From contig CATQHZ020000001.1 in the NCBI GenBank assembly GCA_958296135.2, positions 2,304,001 through 2,368,000 of the forward strand: a stretch of 64,000 nucleotides of DNA, written 5' to 3'. Shown here one piece after another: positions 9,058 through 24,000 of this stretch. Below the pieces are notes generated by a model, which was given only the letters and a program-made list of their open reading frames with translations, made no database searches and was not told where the DNA came from. Source of the stretch: an uncultured Poribacteria bacterium. GTDB lineage: Bacteria; Poribacteria; WGA-4E; WGA-3G. Every line of letters starts with the position of its first letter. The first letter of the stretch is position 1. Position numbers and translations under genes: made by a program.

Positions 9058-12000
9058 TTATTTTCTAACGACTAACTTACCAGTGGCAGTGAAATCGCCC
9101 GCGGTGAAGGTGTAGAAATAGACACCACTCGCCACACGTTCCCCTTGCTCATTGCGGCCATCCCAATAGGCGGCGCGCGCCTTAGTGCGGAACCCGCCCG
9201 CCGGGCGATGCCCTAATGACAACGTCCGCACCACGCGCCCGCGCACATCATAAAATGTCAAGGACACGGAGGCGGCTTCTGCCAAGTCATAGGGTATCCA
9301 CGTCTCCGGGTTGAACGGATTCGGATAGTTCGGCAAAAGTGCTGTCTCCTTGGGGATTGCCAACGCGGCGGCGAGCCGTTCCAATTCCCGAATGCCGCGC
9401 TGGAAAGTTGCATCAGGCAGATTTAACTGCTTCGCCTTGTCAATCCACGGTTGCAGGCGACTGGCAGTGAGCGTCGGATGCACGGGTGCAGCCCCGGCCT
9501 TCGCTTCTAACGCCCCGAGCACGGCTTGCACATCCTGCGGATTGACGACACCGTCGCCGTTGACATCAGGGTTCTGTTTTTTGGCGCGCTGCACCGGCTG
9601 CCCATTGCCGCCGGCGGCGAAAACCAGGTCTTTGATATTTACCTCGCCATCGCCGTTAACATCCGCTGCCTCAAATGAGAGCTGCAGCGTCGCCAATGTC
9701 TGCTCAACTCCATCGAAAGACGCCTCTGTCAGCCGATACCAATACGGCACGCCCGCGTCTACCTTCGCATCGGTGAACGTATAAGTTTGCGGCTGGCTCG
9801 TTGTGCCCGCGCCCGGAATGAGCGTATCGTTACAGCTGCCGAAGACACCGTCTCGCGTTTCACAACGGAGGACGTTGAACCCGGCAGTCGTGGCTGCCTC
9901 GGCGGTAGTCTCCCAGGTAAGCACGACACCTGCACCGGTGGCGGTTATCTCAAAGCGAGAGAGCATGCTGCCGCGATACCCCGGCGTACCCAGATCGGAG
10001 GGAGCACCGTAAAACAGGCCCTCCCCATCGCGTTGGGCGGCGAGATGCGTCTCGTCTGCGGCGAGCCATGCCTTTGATTTTTGCCCATCTAGTGCGGCAC
10101 CATCGATATAGCGGCGCAACAGAGAGACGCGCGCGCCTGCCCTCGTTTGCACGGGCGGCAAGGCCCAAGCGTTCTTCCGCTGTGTGCTATCGAAATTGCC
10201 AACAACGTCCACTACCTGTTCCTCCCGGTCTTTCAACGTCAGCGAGAAGCCGGTGGCACTCAGCACCTTATCGGCGCGGGATGCCATGCCGAGCGGTGCA
10301 GCCGCCTCATCATAGAGCGAGTAAACGGAAGTCTCTGGCAGATGCCCACTCATTGGCCACGGTTCGCTTGAAACGAGGCCGCGGCCGACAGCGCGCGGCT
10401 TTATCGGCCGGGCAGCGGAAGAGACAAGCAGCACCGTCTGCCGCGGCGCGATGATGAGTCCCTTCGTGAAGACTAGCGTCGCATTGCGCCGCGCATCCAC
10501 ATTCTTGGCAGCATCGTTCCGAATCTCCAATCGCCAATTTTCAAGCGACACTGCTTCGGATTCGGAACTGTTGAACACCTCTATCCATTGCGGTAGCGCG
10601 CCAGCGGCAGCATCGCGAGGGACAGCCCCGCGCGCCACGGTGCCAGGGGCGAACATCACCTCGCTGATGGAAACGCTGGTTGGGTTTTCTAAGGCCGCGG
10701 CTGTCGTTTTCAGCGCATCGTTGGCATAGCCCGGCGTGCCGCTGTGCTTCCCACCGGCATCTGTCGGTGCAACAGCTCTGTCGTAACCGATGCCGGTATA
10801 AGGGGCTTGCACGAAGGCGTTCTCACAGAACCCATCAATCTGTGTGTTCGCCCGCGCCCACACTTCCTCACTGTGGAAGTTGAAGTTGGAGTAATCTTGG
10901 ACATCCAAGACCAGGGGCCACATCAACGTCGGTTCTGCTTCAATCATGGCGGCTTTGTAATAATTGCCGGCGATATCGCGGAGGTTCTCCGCCGTGCCCT
11001 CGGCTGTCGCGCTATCGCGGAGAATGAGCAGGAAGTCACCATCCGGCAGCGCAAGGCCTGCATCAACATAACACTGAGAGGACGGCCTGCCTACCGTCAC
11101 AGCGGTTTGCCCGGGCAGCAGTTTGTCGATAGGTATCGCCGGAGCGATGCCGCCCGCCAGCGGATGCCCATCACGCATCGGATCCGTCTGCATCAGCAGC
11201 AGATACCCACGCGCCGGTATCGTGATGTCTGTCTCAAAATGGACAAACTGCCGGTCGTGCGCCGAACCGTCTCCCGATTCCAGCGCGTCTCTCGCGATGT
11301 CGTGCACCACTGCCTTATCAACGATGCTGATGCTCCAGTCCTTCAAGTTGATATCCTCGTAAGAGAGATTGAACAACTCCAGCCAGTCGTAGGTATCGTC
11401 CGAACGGTTCCCGATTTCGTTGATGATTACGGTTTTGTGCGCGATAATCGCCGGCACCGCGGGCGCGCCATCCGGCGGCAATTCCCCATCCTCATCTTCA
11501 TCTTCATCCGTATCCGGCGGTTCATCCGAGACGGGGCTCGAACTCGGCGAGCCGGTGCCGTTCGGCGACCAGGGACTCTTGCCTTCCGCATTCCGCGCAC
11601 GCACTTGCACGTGATACGTCTCCTTCGCTTTCAAGCCGGTCAAATCGGTGCTGGTGCCGGTGCCATCATACTTCGCGTTTGTCCACGAACTCGCACCCGT
11701 GGCACGATACTGCACATCGTAGTCGCTGACCGGCAGGCCGGCACTTTCCGGCGCGCGCCACTTCACGCGGAGTTTCGTGGTGCTGCCTGCAACCGATGAA
11801 ACCTTCGGCTTCGCCGGACGCTCGGGGCCAGACACATCGGTGATGCTCACCGTCAGCATCTGTTTCACCGTTTTCGCGCGTTCCCCTGTACCGCTTGTCG
11901 CCATCACTTCAATAACAGACTCGTTGTTACGCGCGGCGTTCGCCGGTTCACTACTCTCCGCATCGCCAGGGTTCTCGTAGTCCGGTGCCTTCTTGAACCG

Positions 12001-15000
12001 CAACTCGTTGCCGTTCTTGAGCGTAAACACCGCCGCATCTACCCCGCCGCTAATCTGATAGCCCATGATTTTGTCGCCTTCATCATCATCAACAGCGACG
12101 AGCGTCACCACCTGCATGGTGTTTTCGCGAACAGAAGGCTGTGCCTTGCTTATGAAGCGCGGCGGGGCATTCGCGTCTTCGGAAGGATCTGCGATAAGAT
12201 TCGTTGTCCCTTTCCCTAGCGGAGACCAGAAGCCGTAGCCCTCTATGTTTTTCGCGCGAACTTGAGCTTGATACTCGGTGTTCACCTTCAGCCCAGTCAG
12301 TGTCAGTGAGGTGTCAATCCCATTGTGACCGGCATCACGGTAACTCCCCGTATCTCCCTCGCGATACTGCACATCGTAATCGGTTATCGCCGGCCCCAAC
12401 TCCACCGGGGCTGTCCACGTTACTGACAATCGTGTGCCGCTGCCAGCAACCGGCGACACTGTCGGCATCGCGGGCTGTCCGGGAGGCCCGACATCGCTCA
12501 CCTCTACGCTGAGCTCCATACTCTTTGACAGCGCGCGTTCATTGGCACCGCTTGTCGCCATGACTTCAACGATATACTCGTTGTCGCGCCCCTCATCCGC
12601 CGGATTCTCATAATCCGGCGCGGTTTTAAACCGGAGGACGTTGGTGCTCGATTCGATTTCAAATAAGTTTCTATCAGTACCCCCGCTAACAGCGTAGGTC
12701 ACCGTCGTGTCGCTTGGATCCGGATCCGTAGCAACTAACGGAACAACAGCACGTTTATTTTCAGGCACCAATTGCTCTTCCTGTATACTGCTGAAATCGG
12801 GTCCGTTATTGTTGATTGTTGTGCCCTCGCCAGAGGCAGACCAGGGGCTGGTGCCTTCCGCATTCTTCGCGCGCACCTGCACTTGATATGTCGTGCCCGT
12901 TGCCAACCCGGTGAGCGTCGTCGAGGTGCCGGTCCCGGCGTAATTCGCATCGGTAAAGCTGCCGGTGCCGGTGCGATACTGCACATCATAGTCGCTGATC
13001 GCCGGCCCCTTGTTCGCCGGTGCCGTCCACGCCACCTTCAGCGTCGTGAGCGTGCTCTCGCTCACCGTCGGCGCATCCGGCTTTCCGGGTGCCTCCCCAT
13101 CCTCATCCGTGACGGTGATGGTGAATGTCTGCCTGGTTGACAGTGCACGTACGTTTTCCCCACTCGTCACTTTTACGACGACGAGGTATTCGTTGTTGTT
13201 CGCCGCATTCGTCGGTTCGGTGCTCGCTGCATCACCGGGTGCCTCATAGTTCGGCGCGTTCTTAAACAGCAGCTGGTTGCTCGTGTCAAGTTCAAACAGG
13301 GCCTCATCCACGCCGCCCACAATCTCATACCCAATGATGGCATCACTCGGGTCCGTATCCGTAGCGGCCAACGTGACGATAGCCGTATCGTTCTCTACTA
13401 TTGTCTGCCTAGTGCTAGTGGTGAACGCCGGGCCGTTATTGACGGCTGTCATCCCCGTGCCAGAGGCAGACCAGGGGCTGTCCCCCTCGTCGTTTCTCGC
13501 CCTCACCTGCACTTGGTATGTCGTGCCGGTATCCAACCCTGTCAGCGTCGTGGTGGTGCTGGTTCCCGTGTGCGTCTGCGCCTGCCACGCTATCGGAGTC
13601 GTGCCGCTCTTCCCATACTGCACATCGTAATCGTCTATCGCCGGCTTGCCGCTGTTCGATGGTGCCGTCCACGTCACCTTCAGTGTCGTGAGTGTGGCGC
13701 CCGAAACGCTCGGTGCCGTCGGCGCATCGGGCGGCTCGTCAACATCATTGACGCTAATCGTCAGCGTCTGCTTGGCAGTGGATTCGCGTTCACCGCTCCC
13801 ACTGGTAGCCTTGACGACAACGATGTATTCATTGTTTGCCGCCGCGTTGGCGGGCGACGTGCTCTGCACATCTGTCGGACTCTCATGATTCGGCGACGTT
13901 GTGAATCGCAACTTATTGGTACCCGCAATCGTAAACGCGCCGGCATCAACACCACCGCTAACCGCATAACTAATGCTGTCACCGGCATCCGCATCCGTGG
14001 CATTCAGCGTGAGGATGTTGGTAGTTATAGCACTATTTTCATCGACACTGCCGGTGCCGGTGCCGGTGCTCGCGAACACTACGTCGGCATTCGTCGCCGT
14101 GCTACCACTCCCGCTATCCGACCAGGGGCCGGTCCCCTCGGCGTTGCTCGCACGCACCTGCACCTGATACGCCGTCCCTTTCGTGAGACCGCGCAGCGTC
14201 GTGGAAGTCCCGGTCACGGTGCCAGCAGCGAGCGTGAAATTCCCCGTGCTCCCTTGGCGATACTGTAACTTATACCCGCTTATCGCCGGCCCGGTGTTCG
14301 TAGGCGCAGTCCACGTGACGCTTAACTGCGTCGGCGTAGCCGAAACCCCCGACACCGTCGGTGCGTCAGGCTTGCCGGGCTTCTCTGTAACATCTGTCAC
14401 CGTTACCGTGAGCGTTCGTGTGGAACTCCCCCGGCCACTCGCGGTGGCTTTCACCTTCACGATATATTCGTTGTTGCCCGCTGCATTGGCGGGCGTGGTG
14501 CTCTCAACATCCGTCGGATTTTCATAATTCGGCGCGGCGGCGAACGTCAACACACCGCCCGTGGTAATCGAGAACTTGGCTCTATCCACGCCGCCCTCGG
14601 CATCCGTACCCGGAATAGAGAAGGTGACATCGGCATTCGTGGCATCCCTCGCCGTGACTGTCGTTACCGCTGTCGTATTCTCCGCCACCGAATACGTGGT
14701 ATCCGTCTCGCCGAACCGCGGCAGCAACGCCGAAGCGTCGTTTGTCGTACCCGTGCCCGAGCCAGACCAGGTGCTCTCACCCTCGGCATTATTGGCGCGC
14801 ACCTGCACCGTATACTCCGTGCTAGGCGACAACCCTGTCAGCGTCGTGGAAGTGCCGGTACCGGTGTGCGTCCACGACTGCCACACTACAGGATTCGTGC
14901 TGCTCTTCCTATACTGCACATCGTAATCGTCTATCGCCGGCTTGCTCGGGTCTGACGGTGGTGCCGTCCATGTCACCTTCAGCCTATCCACGTAGCCGGT

Positions 15001-18000
15001 TACCGCTGTCACCATCGGCTGACCGGGTGCACTCGGCGGTTCATCCGCATCTGTCACCGTGATGGTGAACAGCCGGGCCGTTTCTGCCACCCGGGCACCC
15101 GCACCGCTCGTCACCGTAATCTGCACCTTGTAGACGTTGGTACCTGCAGCCGAGGCAGTGGCCTCAAAATCGGGGGCAGCCGCGAACACTAATTTCCCTA
15201 TGTTTGTCCCTGTCTCCGTAATAGTAAACTTCGAGCTATCCGCGCCACCGCTTATCCTATACCGCGTGACGCTATCGCCCGCATCGCTATCCGTCGCACT
15301 GACAGTGCTTACCGCCGTGGTGTTTTCCGCAACGGAGAACGTCGTCGTGGAGAAACTCGGGGCCACATTCACCGCCGTCGTGCCATCGCCTTCATCCGAC
15401 CAGGGGCCTGTGCCCTCAGTGCTTGTCGCACTCACTCGCACCTCATACGCCGTCCCTTGCGTCAACCCGGTCAGCGTCGTCGTCCGCGTCGCGCCCGTGA
15501 AACTTGCATCCTGCCATTCGCCAGCCGGCGGCCCCTTTGTCCGATAGTGGACATCATAGTCGGTTATCGCCGGCCCGGTGTTCGTAGGCGCAGTCCACGT
15601 GACACTTAACTCCGTCGGCTTGGCAGACACTGCCGTGACTGTCGGTGCGTCAGGCTTGCCGGGCTTCTCTGTAACATCTGTCACCGTTACCGTGAGCGTT
15701 CGTGTGGAATTCCCCCGGCCACTCGCGGTGGCTTTCACCTTCACGATATATTCGTTGTTGCCCGCAGCATTGGCGGGCGTGGTGCTCTCAACATCGGTCG
15801 GATTTTCATAATCCGGCGCGGCGGCGAACGTCAACACGCCGCCAGAAGCGGTAATCGAGAACTTGGCTCTATCCACGCCGCCCTCGGCATCCGTACCCGG
15901 AATAGAGAAGGTGACATCGGCATTCGTGGCATCCCTCGCCGTGACTGTCGTCACCGCTGTCTCATTCTCCGCCACCGAATACGTGGCATCCGTCTCGCCG
16001 AACCGCGGCAGCAACGCCGAAGCGTCGTTTGTCGTACCCGTGCCCGAGCCAGACCAGGCGCCGTCACCCTCGTCATTATCGGCGCGCACCTGCACCGCAT
16101 ACGCCGTGCTAGGCGACAACCCTGTCAGGCGCGTTGTCAGCGTGGCATCGGCGGCAAGCTCATCCACTGTCCCTGTGAAACTCACCGGGGTTCCATCTAC
16201 GCCATACCGCACATGGTAGTGCGCTATCGCCGGCTTCCCGGTGTTTGAAGGGGCCGTCCATGTCACGTCTAACTTATCGGAATAGCCTGTCACCGCTGTC
16301 ACCGATACCGCCGGCGGCGCGCTCGGCGGCTCGTTGGCATCCGATACCTCCACGATAAGCGTGCGCGCCTGAGCGGATAACGCCCGCGCTGTCCCCGCCG
16401 CACTCGTCGCTGTCACAACCACAACATACTCGTTGTCCGTTGCCGCATTCGTCGGGCTCGTGCTGACAACATCGCCGGGGTTCTCATAGTCCGGGGCCGT
16501 GCGGAACGTTAAAACACCCCCCGGCGACGTAATATCAAATTGCCCGCTATCCACACCGCTGAGCGAATAAGTGATAGCATCGCGCGCCGCATTGCTCGAT
16601 GTCTTATCCGGGTCTGTCGCACTTACCGTCGCAACCGCTGTCGTATTCTCTGGCACCGCGGACAGCGTGATGGGACTCAAAACCGGTCCCTCGTTCACAT
16701 CTGTCACCGTTACCGTGAGCGTTCGTGTGGAACTCCCCCGGTTCCTCGCTGTGGCTTTCACCTTCACGATATATTCATTGTTGCCCGCCGCGTTAGCGGG
16801 CGTGGTGCTCACAACATCGGTAGGATTTTCATAATTCGGCGCGGTGGCGAACGTCAACACGCCGCCCGTGGTAATCGAGAACTTGGCTCTATCCACGCCG
16901 CCCTCGGCATCCGTCGTCGGGATAGAGTAGGTGACATCGGCATTCGTGGCATCCCTCGCCGTGACTGTCGTCACTGCCGTCGTGTTCTCCGCCACCGAAT
17001 ACGTATCTGTCCCATCGAACTGTGGCCGCAACACCGAATCTGCGTTAGTCCTGCCGGTGCTAGAGCCAGACCAGGCACCGTCACCCTCGTCATTATCGGC
17101 GCGCACCTGAACCACATACGCCGTGCTCGCCGACAACCCTGTCAGGCGCGTTGTCAGCGAACTAGCGGCAATCTCATCCACTGTCCCTGTGAAACTCACC
17201 GGGGTTCCATCTACGCCATAGCGCACATGGTAGTGCGCTATCGCCGGCTTCCCGGTGTTTGAAGGGGCCGTCCATGTTACGTCTAACTTATCTGAATAGC
17301 CTGTCACCGCTGTCACCCCTGTCACCGTCGGCGCGCTCGGCGGCTCGTTGACATCTGCGACGGTGACAGCAATTCGCTGCGCTGTGGACAGCCGCCGGAG
17401 GTCTGCCCCTCCGGTCGCGCTGACTTCAACGATATAGACGTTGTTTCGCGCCGCATCCGCCGGGGCAGGCGTAGTATGCGCCGCATCCGCCGGATTTTCA
17501 TAGTCGGGGGCTGCCTTGAAAGATAGGGCACCGGTGTTGGTAACAGAAAACTTCGCGCTATCCGCACCACCGGTGACTTGGTAACCAGTGATGCTGTCAC
17601 CGGCATCCGCATCCGTGGCGACTACTGTGCCGACAGCCGTCGTATTTTCATTAAGCGAGAAACTCGTCGAACTCGTGAAACTCGGGGCATTGTCCGCCGC
17701 CGTGGTACCAGTGACAGCCGGGGTCCACGCGCTTAAACCATCGGCGTTTTTCGCGAGCACCCGAACCTGATAACCCGTATTCTGTGTCAACGAACTCAAC
17801 ATCACCGATGTGCCAACACCGGTGTGCGCTGCAGCTGTCCAACCGCCACTGTTCCCTTGCCGATACTGGACATCATAACCGCTCAGCGCGGGCCGCCCCG
17901 CATTATTCGGCGCGCTCCAGCCAGCCGTGAGAGTCGTGAGTGCCGTGGCAGTTATCTTGAGCCCGGTGGGGACTAAGGGTTTCTCGGTAGCGTTCGTCAC

Positions 18001-21000
18001 GGTGACAGTTAGCACCTGTGCTTTCTGCGCCGCCCGCGCGCCCGTGCCGCTCGTCGCCGTGACTTCTACTTTGTAGGTGTTGTTTCCAGCAGCCGAGGCG
18101 GTGGCCTCATAGTCCGGCGCAGCCCTGAACGCCAATTTCCCTATGTTCGCGCCTGTCTCGGTGATGGAAAACTTCAAGTTATCCGCACCACCGCTTATCC
18201 TATACCGCGTGATGCTATCGCTCGCATCGCTGTCCGTCGCACTGACGGTGCCTACCGCCGTGGCATTTTCCACGATGGAGAACGTCGTCGTGGAGAAACT
18301 CGGGACCGCATTCACCGCCGTGCTACCGCTACCGGTAGCAGACCAGGGGCTATCGCCCTCGGCGTTTCTCGCACGCACCCGCACCTGATACGCCGTCCCT
18401 TTCGTGAGACCGCGCAGCGTCGTGGAAGTCCCGGTCACGGTGCCAGCAGCGAGCGTGAAAGTCCCCGTGCTCCCTTGGCGATACTGCAACTTATACCCGC
18501 TTATTGCCGGCTTGCCGGTGTTCAACGGCGCACTCCAACTCACGCCGAGACTTGTCGGCGTAGCAGAAACACCCGACACCGTCGGCGCAGCCGGCGCTAT
18601 CGGCGGCTCACTCGCATCTGTCACCGTGATGGTGAACAGCCGAGCCGTTTCTGCCACCCGGGCACCCGCACCGCTCGTCACCGTAATCTGCACTTTGTAG
18701 ACGTTGCTACCCGCCGACGAGGCAGTGGCCTCAAAATCGGGGGCAGCCGCGAACACTAACTTCCCTTTGTTCGCCCCTGTCTCCGTAATAGTAAACTTCG
18801 AGCTATCCGCGCCACCGCTTATCCTATACCGCGTGATGCTATCGCCCGTATCGCTATCCGTCGCACTGACGGTGCCTACCGCCGTCTCATTTTCCGCGAG
18901 GGAGAACGTCGTCGTGGAGAAACTCGGGACCGCATTCACCGCCGTGCTACCGCTACCCGCGGCAGACCAGGGGCTATCGCCCTCGGCGTTTCGCGCACGC
19001 ACCTGCACCTGATACGCCGTGGCTTTCGTCAACCCTGTCAGTGTCGTCGAGGTGCCAGTGAAGGTGCCGGTCACCGGCGCGAAATTCCCCGTGTTCCCTT
19101 GGCGATACCGCAACTTATACCCGCTTATCGCCGGCTTGCCGGTGTTCAACGGCGCACTCCAACTCACGCCGAGACTTGTCGGCGTAGCAGAAACACCCGA
19201 CACCGTCGGCGCAGCCGGCGCTATCGGCGGTTCAGTCGCATCTGTCACCGTGATAGTGAAAGTTTGCGCGGTACCTGTCAGGACGCGCGCGCCCGTGCCG
19301 CTTGTCGCCGTGAGAGCCACTTTGTAAGTATTGTTTCCGGCAGCCGAGGCAGTGGCCTCAAAATCGGGGGCAGCCCTGAACGCCAATTTCCCTTTGTTTG
19401 TCCCTGTCTCCGTAATAGTAAACTTCGAGCTATCCGCGCCACCGCTTATCTGATACCGCGTGATGCTATCGCTCGCATCGCTGTCCGTCGCACTGACGGT
19501 GCCTACCGCCGTCTCATTTTCCGCAATGGAGAACGTCGTCGTGGAGAAACTCGGGACCGCATTCACCGCCGTGCTACCGCTACCCGCGGCAGACCAGGGG
19601 CTATCGCCCTCGGCGTTTCTCGCACGCACCCGCACCTGATAGGCCGTCCCTTTCGTCAGACCGCGCAGCGTCGTGGAAGTCCCGGTCACGGTGCCAGCGG
19701 CGAGCGTGAAATTCCCTGTGTTCCCTTGGCGATACTGCAACTTATACCCGCTTATTGCCGGCTTGCCGGTGTTCAACGGCGCACTCCAACTCACGCCGAG
19801 ACTTGTCGGCGTAGCAGAAACACCCGACACCGTCGGCGCAGCCGGCGCTATCGGCGGCTCAGTCGCATCTGTCACCGAGATGGTGAACAGCCGAGCCGTT
19901 TCTGCCACCCGGGCACCCGCACCGCTCGTCACCGTAATCTGCACTTTGTAGACGTTGCTACCTGCAGCCGAGGCAGTGGCCTCAAAATCGGGGGCAGCCG
20001 CAAACACTAACTTCCCTATGTTTGTCCCTGTCTCCGTAATAGTAAACTTTGAGCTATCCGCGCCACCGCTTATCTGATACCGCGTGACGCTATCGCCCGC
20101 ATCGCTATCCGTCGCACTGACAGTGCCCACCGCCGTGGTGTTTTCCGCGAGGGAGAACGTCGTCGTTGAGAAACTCGGGGCCACATTCACCGCCGTCGTG
20201 CCATCGCCTTCATCCGACCAGGGGCCCGTGCCCTCATTGCTCGTCGCCCGCACTCGCACCTCATACGCCGTCCCTTGCGTCAACCCGGTCAGCGTCGTCG
20301 TCCGCGTCGTGCCCGTGACACTTGCATCCTGCCATGTGCCAACCGGTGCCCCTGTCCGGTAGTGGACATCATAGTCGGTTATCGCCGGCCCGGTGTTCGT
20401 AGGCTCTGCCCACGCGACGCTTAACTGCGCCGGCGTAGCACTCGCCGCTGTCACTGTCGGTGCAGTCGGCTTGCCGGGCTTCTCCGTAACATCTGTCACC
20501 GTTACCGTGAGCGTCCGTGTGGAACTCCCCCGGTTCCTCGCTGTGGCTTTCACCGTCACAATATATTCATTGTTGCCCGCCGCATTAGCGGGCGTGGTGC
20601 TCTCAACATCCGTCGGATTCTCATAATCCGGCGCGGCGGCGAACGTCAACACGCCGCCAGAAGCGGTAATCGAGAACTTGGCTCTATCCACGCCGCCCTC
20701 GGCATCTGTATCCGGGATAGAGTAGGTGACAGTGGCCCCCGTGGTATCCGTCGCTTCCACCGTCGTCACCGCCGTCGTATTCTCCGCCACCGAATAATCG
20801 GAAGTTACCGTGCGGAACGGCGGTTTCAACACCGAATCTGCGTTTGTTGTGCCCTTGCCAGAGGTTGACCAGGTGCCTTCACCCTCGGCATTATCGGCGC
20901 GCACCTGCACCGCATACTTCGTGCTCGCCGACAACCCTGTCAGGCGGGTTGTCAGCGTGGCATCGGCGGCAAGCTCATCCGCTGTCCCGGTTTTCTCTGT

Positions 21001-24000
21001 GAAACTCACCGAGGTCCCATCTACGCCATACCGCACATGGTAGTGCGCTATCGCCGGCTTCCCGGTGTTTGAAGGGGCCGTCCATGCCACGTCTAACTTA
21101 TCCGAATAGCCTGTCACCGGTGTCACCGATACCGCCGGCGGCGCGCTCGGCGGCTCGTTGGCATCCGATACCTCCACGATAAGCGTGCGCGCCTGAGCGG
21201 ATAACGCCCGCGCTGTCCCCGCCGCACTCGTCGCTGTCACAACCACAACATACTCGTTGTCCGTTGCCGCATTCGTCGGGCTCGTGCTGACAACATCGCC
21301 GGGGTTCTCATAGTCCGGGGCCGTGCGGAACGTCAATACACCCCCTGGCGACGTAATATCAAACTGCCCGCTATCCACACCGCTGAGCGAATAAGTGATA
21401 GCATCGCGCGCCGCATTGCTTGATGTCTTATCCGGGTCTGTCGCACTTACCGTCACAACCGCTGTCGTATTCTCTGGCACCGCGGACAGCGTGATGGGGG
21501 CCAAAACCGGCCTCTCGTTCACGTCTGTCACCGTCACGGCGATGCGCTGCCACGTGTTATCCTCACGCTCGCCGGTGCCGCTCGTCGCCGAGATGTAAAC
21601 GATATAGACGTTGTTCGCCGCGCCATCTGCCGGTGCCGGCAAGCTATGCGCCACATCTGCCGGATTCTCATAATCGGGCAGCGAGACGAAGGTTAACTTC
21701 CCTGCGTCTGTCCCCGTTTCAACGATGGAGAACTTCGCGCTATCCGCACCACCACTAATCTCGTAACTCGTGACGGTATCGCCAGCATCGGCATCGGTAG
21801 CAACAACGGTGCCGACAGCGGATACCCCCTCGTTTACCGAGAATGCCGTGGTACTAAATGTCGGCGCAGCGTTCGCCGCGGTTGACTGCGTTGTCGCATC
21901 CGACCAGGAGCTTACCCCCTCACTGTTTCTCGCGCGCACCCGCGCCTGATACGACGTGCCGCCTCCCAAATTTGCCAACACCTTAGTTCTGCTAGTACCA
22001 ATGTGCGTAGCACGGGTGTAACTGCCGCTCGTGCCGCTGCGATACTGCACATCGTAGTCCGTTATCGGATACCCGCTCGTTGTTGAGGGAGCCGTCCACG
22101 TGACAGTCAACTGGGTAGGACTGGCAGTAGCCGCCGTAACGCTAGGCGCAGCCGGTTTCTCCGGCGGCGGAACGTTTGTCACACGCACTATAAACCACGG
22201 AGAATATGCCGATTGCAACCGGGCCCCCGTGCCACTCGTCACCTTGAGCCGGAGACTATAGTCGTTGTCCCTCCTAGCAGAGTGATCTGCGGGGTCCGCC
22301 GGGCTCGAATTAAGCACGTCGGTAGGCCGCTCAAAATTAGGGGCCGCTGTGAAGGTTAACGCCCCTGACGGCGCAAGCGAGAACCGCCTTTCATCGCCGC
22401 CATCAAGCTCAAGTGTAGGCGTGCCATCCAGCCTATCCAGATCGGTGCCAGTAAACGTCGCAATTGTCGTTGTCGGCGGACTGTTTTCGACTACCGTGTA
22501 GAGGCTCTCCACAGTTACCGCCGGGGGCACGTTCGTCACACCGCTGCTGTAGGCAGACCAGATGCTCGTGCCTTCGCTACTTGTCGCACGCACTTGCACG
22601 GCATAATTAATATTGGCCGACAACGAAGAGATAGTCGTGCTTCTACTGGTGCCGGTGTGCGGAACATCTATCCACGTCCCATCATTCCCACTATACTCGA
22701 CATCGTAATCCGTAACCGGATACCCGGCGGTTGTTGAAGGAGCAAGCCACGTTACAGCCAAAGAGGTGCCCGAGGCCGGCACGACCGTGGGCGGAGCGGG
22801 CGGAGCGGAGGGCGGCACGTCCGTCACCGTTACAGAAACAACTTGGCTCGCTGTCCTCACCCTATCGCCGGTACCACTTGACGCGGTGACGGTGACAACA
22901 TAGAGGTTTTCACTATCCGTTGAACCCGGCGTTTCATAGTCGGGTGCCGTTTTGAAAGTTAACGCGCCCCCGGTGGTAATCTGGAACTTTGAAGCATCCG
23001 CGCCACTGAGGGTATAGCCGGTGACGTTATCCAACGCATCCGCATCAACAGCCGTCACTGTCCCCACCGCTGTCGTATTCTCGACGATGGAAAAACTCGC
23101 GGTACTGGTAAACCGCGGGACATTGTTCACGGCCGCCAGCGGCCCGGCACCGGAGGCATTCGTCCTGCCAGTACCGGAGTCAGACCAGGGGCCGATGCCT
23201 TCGCCGTTCACGGCGCGCACCTGCACCTCATAACTGCTATTCGCCAGCAAGCCCGTGAGCTGCCGCGTCGTCGTGCCAGCCAGAATGTTGGCATTCAACT
23301 CGGTAAAACTGCCCGTCGTGCCTTTCCGATACCGCAGATTGTAGTATTTTATCGCCGGGCCCAGGTTGTACGGCGCGCGCCAACTCACGTCTAACTTGGA
23401 ATTACTAGCGGCGACAGCACTCACCGTGGGCTGCCTAGGCTTATTAGGCGGCTCGGCGACATCCGTCACCGTCACTGTGACAGTCTGCGACGTGCTCCGA
23501 AGCCGCTCGGTATATATCGCATGGTTGGGTCCGTTGCTGCTGGACACAACCACCGTAAGGGTGTAGGTATTGGTGCCGGCGGTAGATGCCGGGTTTTCAT
23601 AGTTCCAGCCCCTAGTCGTTCGCGTTTCCAGACGGCCCTGCCCATCTATCAGGAATTTCAACCGGTCTGCGCCTTGCAGAGCGTAATCGAAATAGGTGTC
23701 TTGCGAGTCGCTATCGGTAGCCGTGAACGTTCCAACACTGTATTGATTTTCCGCCACCGTGAAACTAGTGGGGGTAAACGCCGGGGGCGCATTCGCCTCA
23801 CCGGTTGTAGAAGCCCAGGGGCCCGTGCCTTCATGGTTCTTGGCGCGCACCTGCGCCTCATACCGGATGCTTTTTGCCAAGTTATTCAGCGTCAGAGTCG
23901 CCCCGGTTCCCGTATGGCCCGCATCTCCCCACGCATCAGTAGTGCCATGCTTCCGATACTGCACATCGTAGCCGGTGATAGGCGGTTTCCCTGTCGTGAT

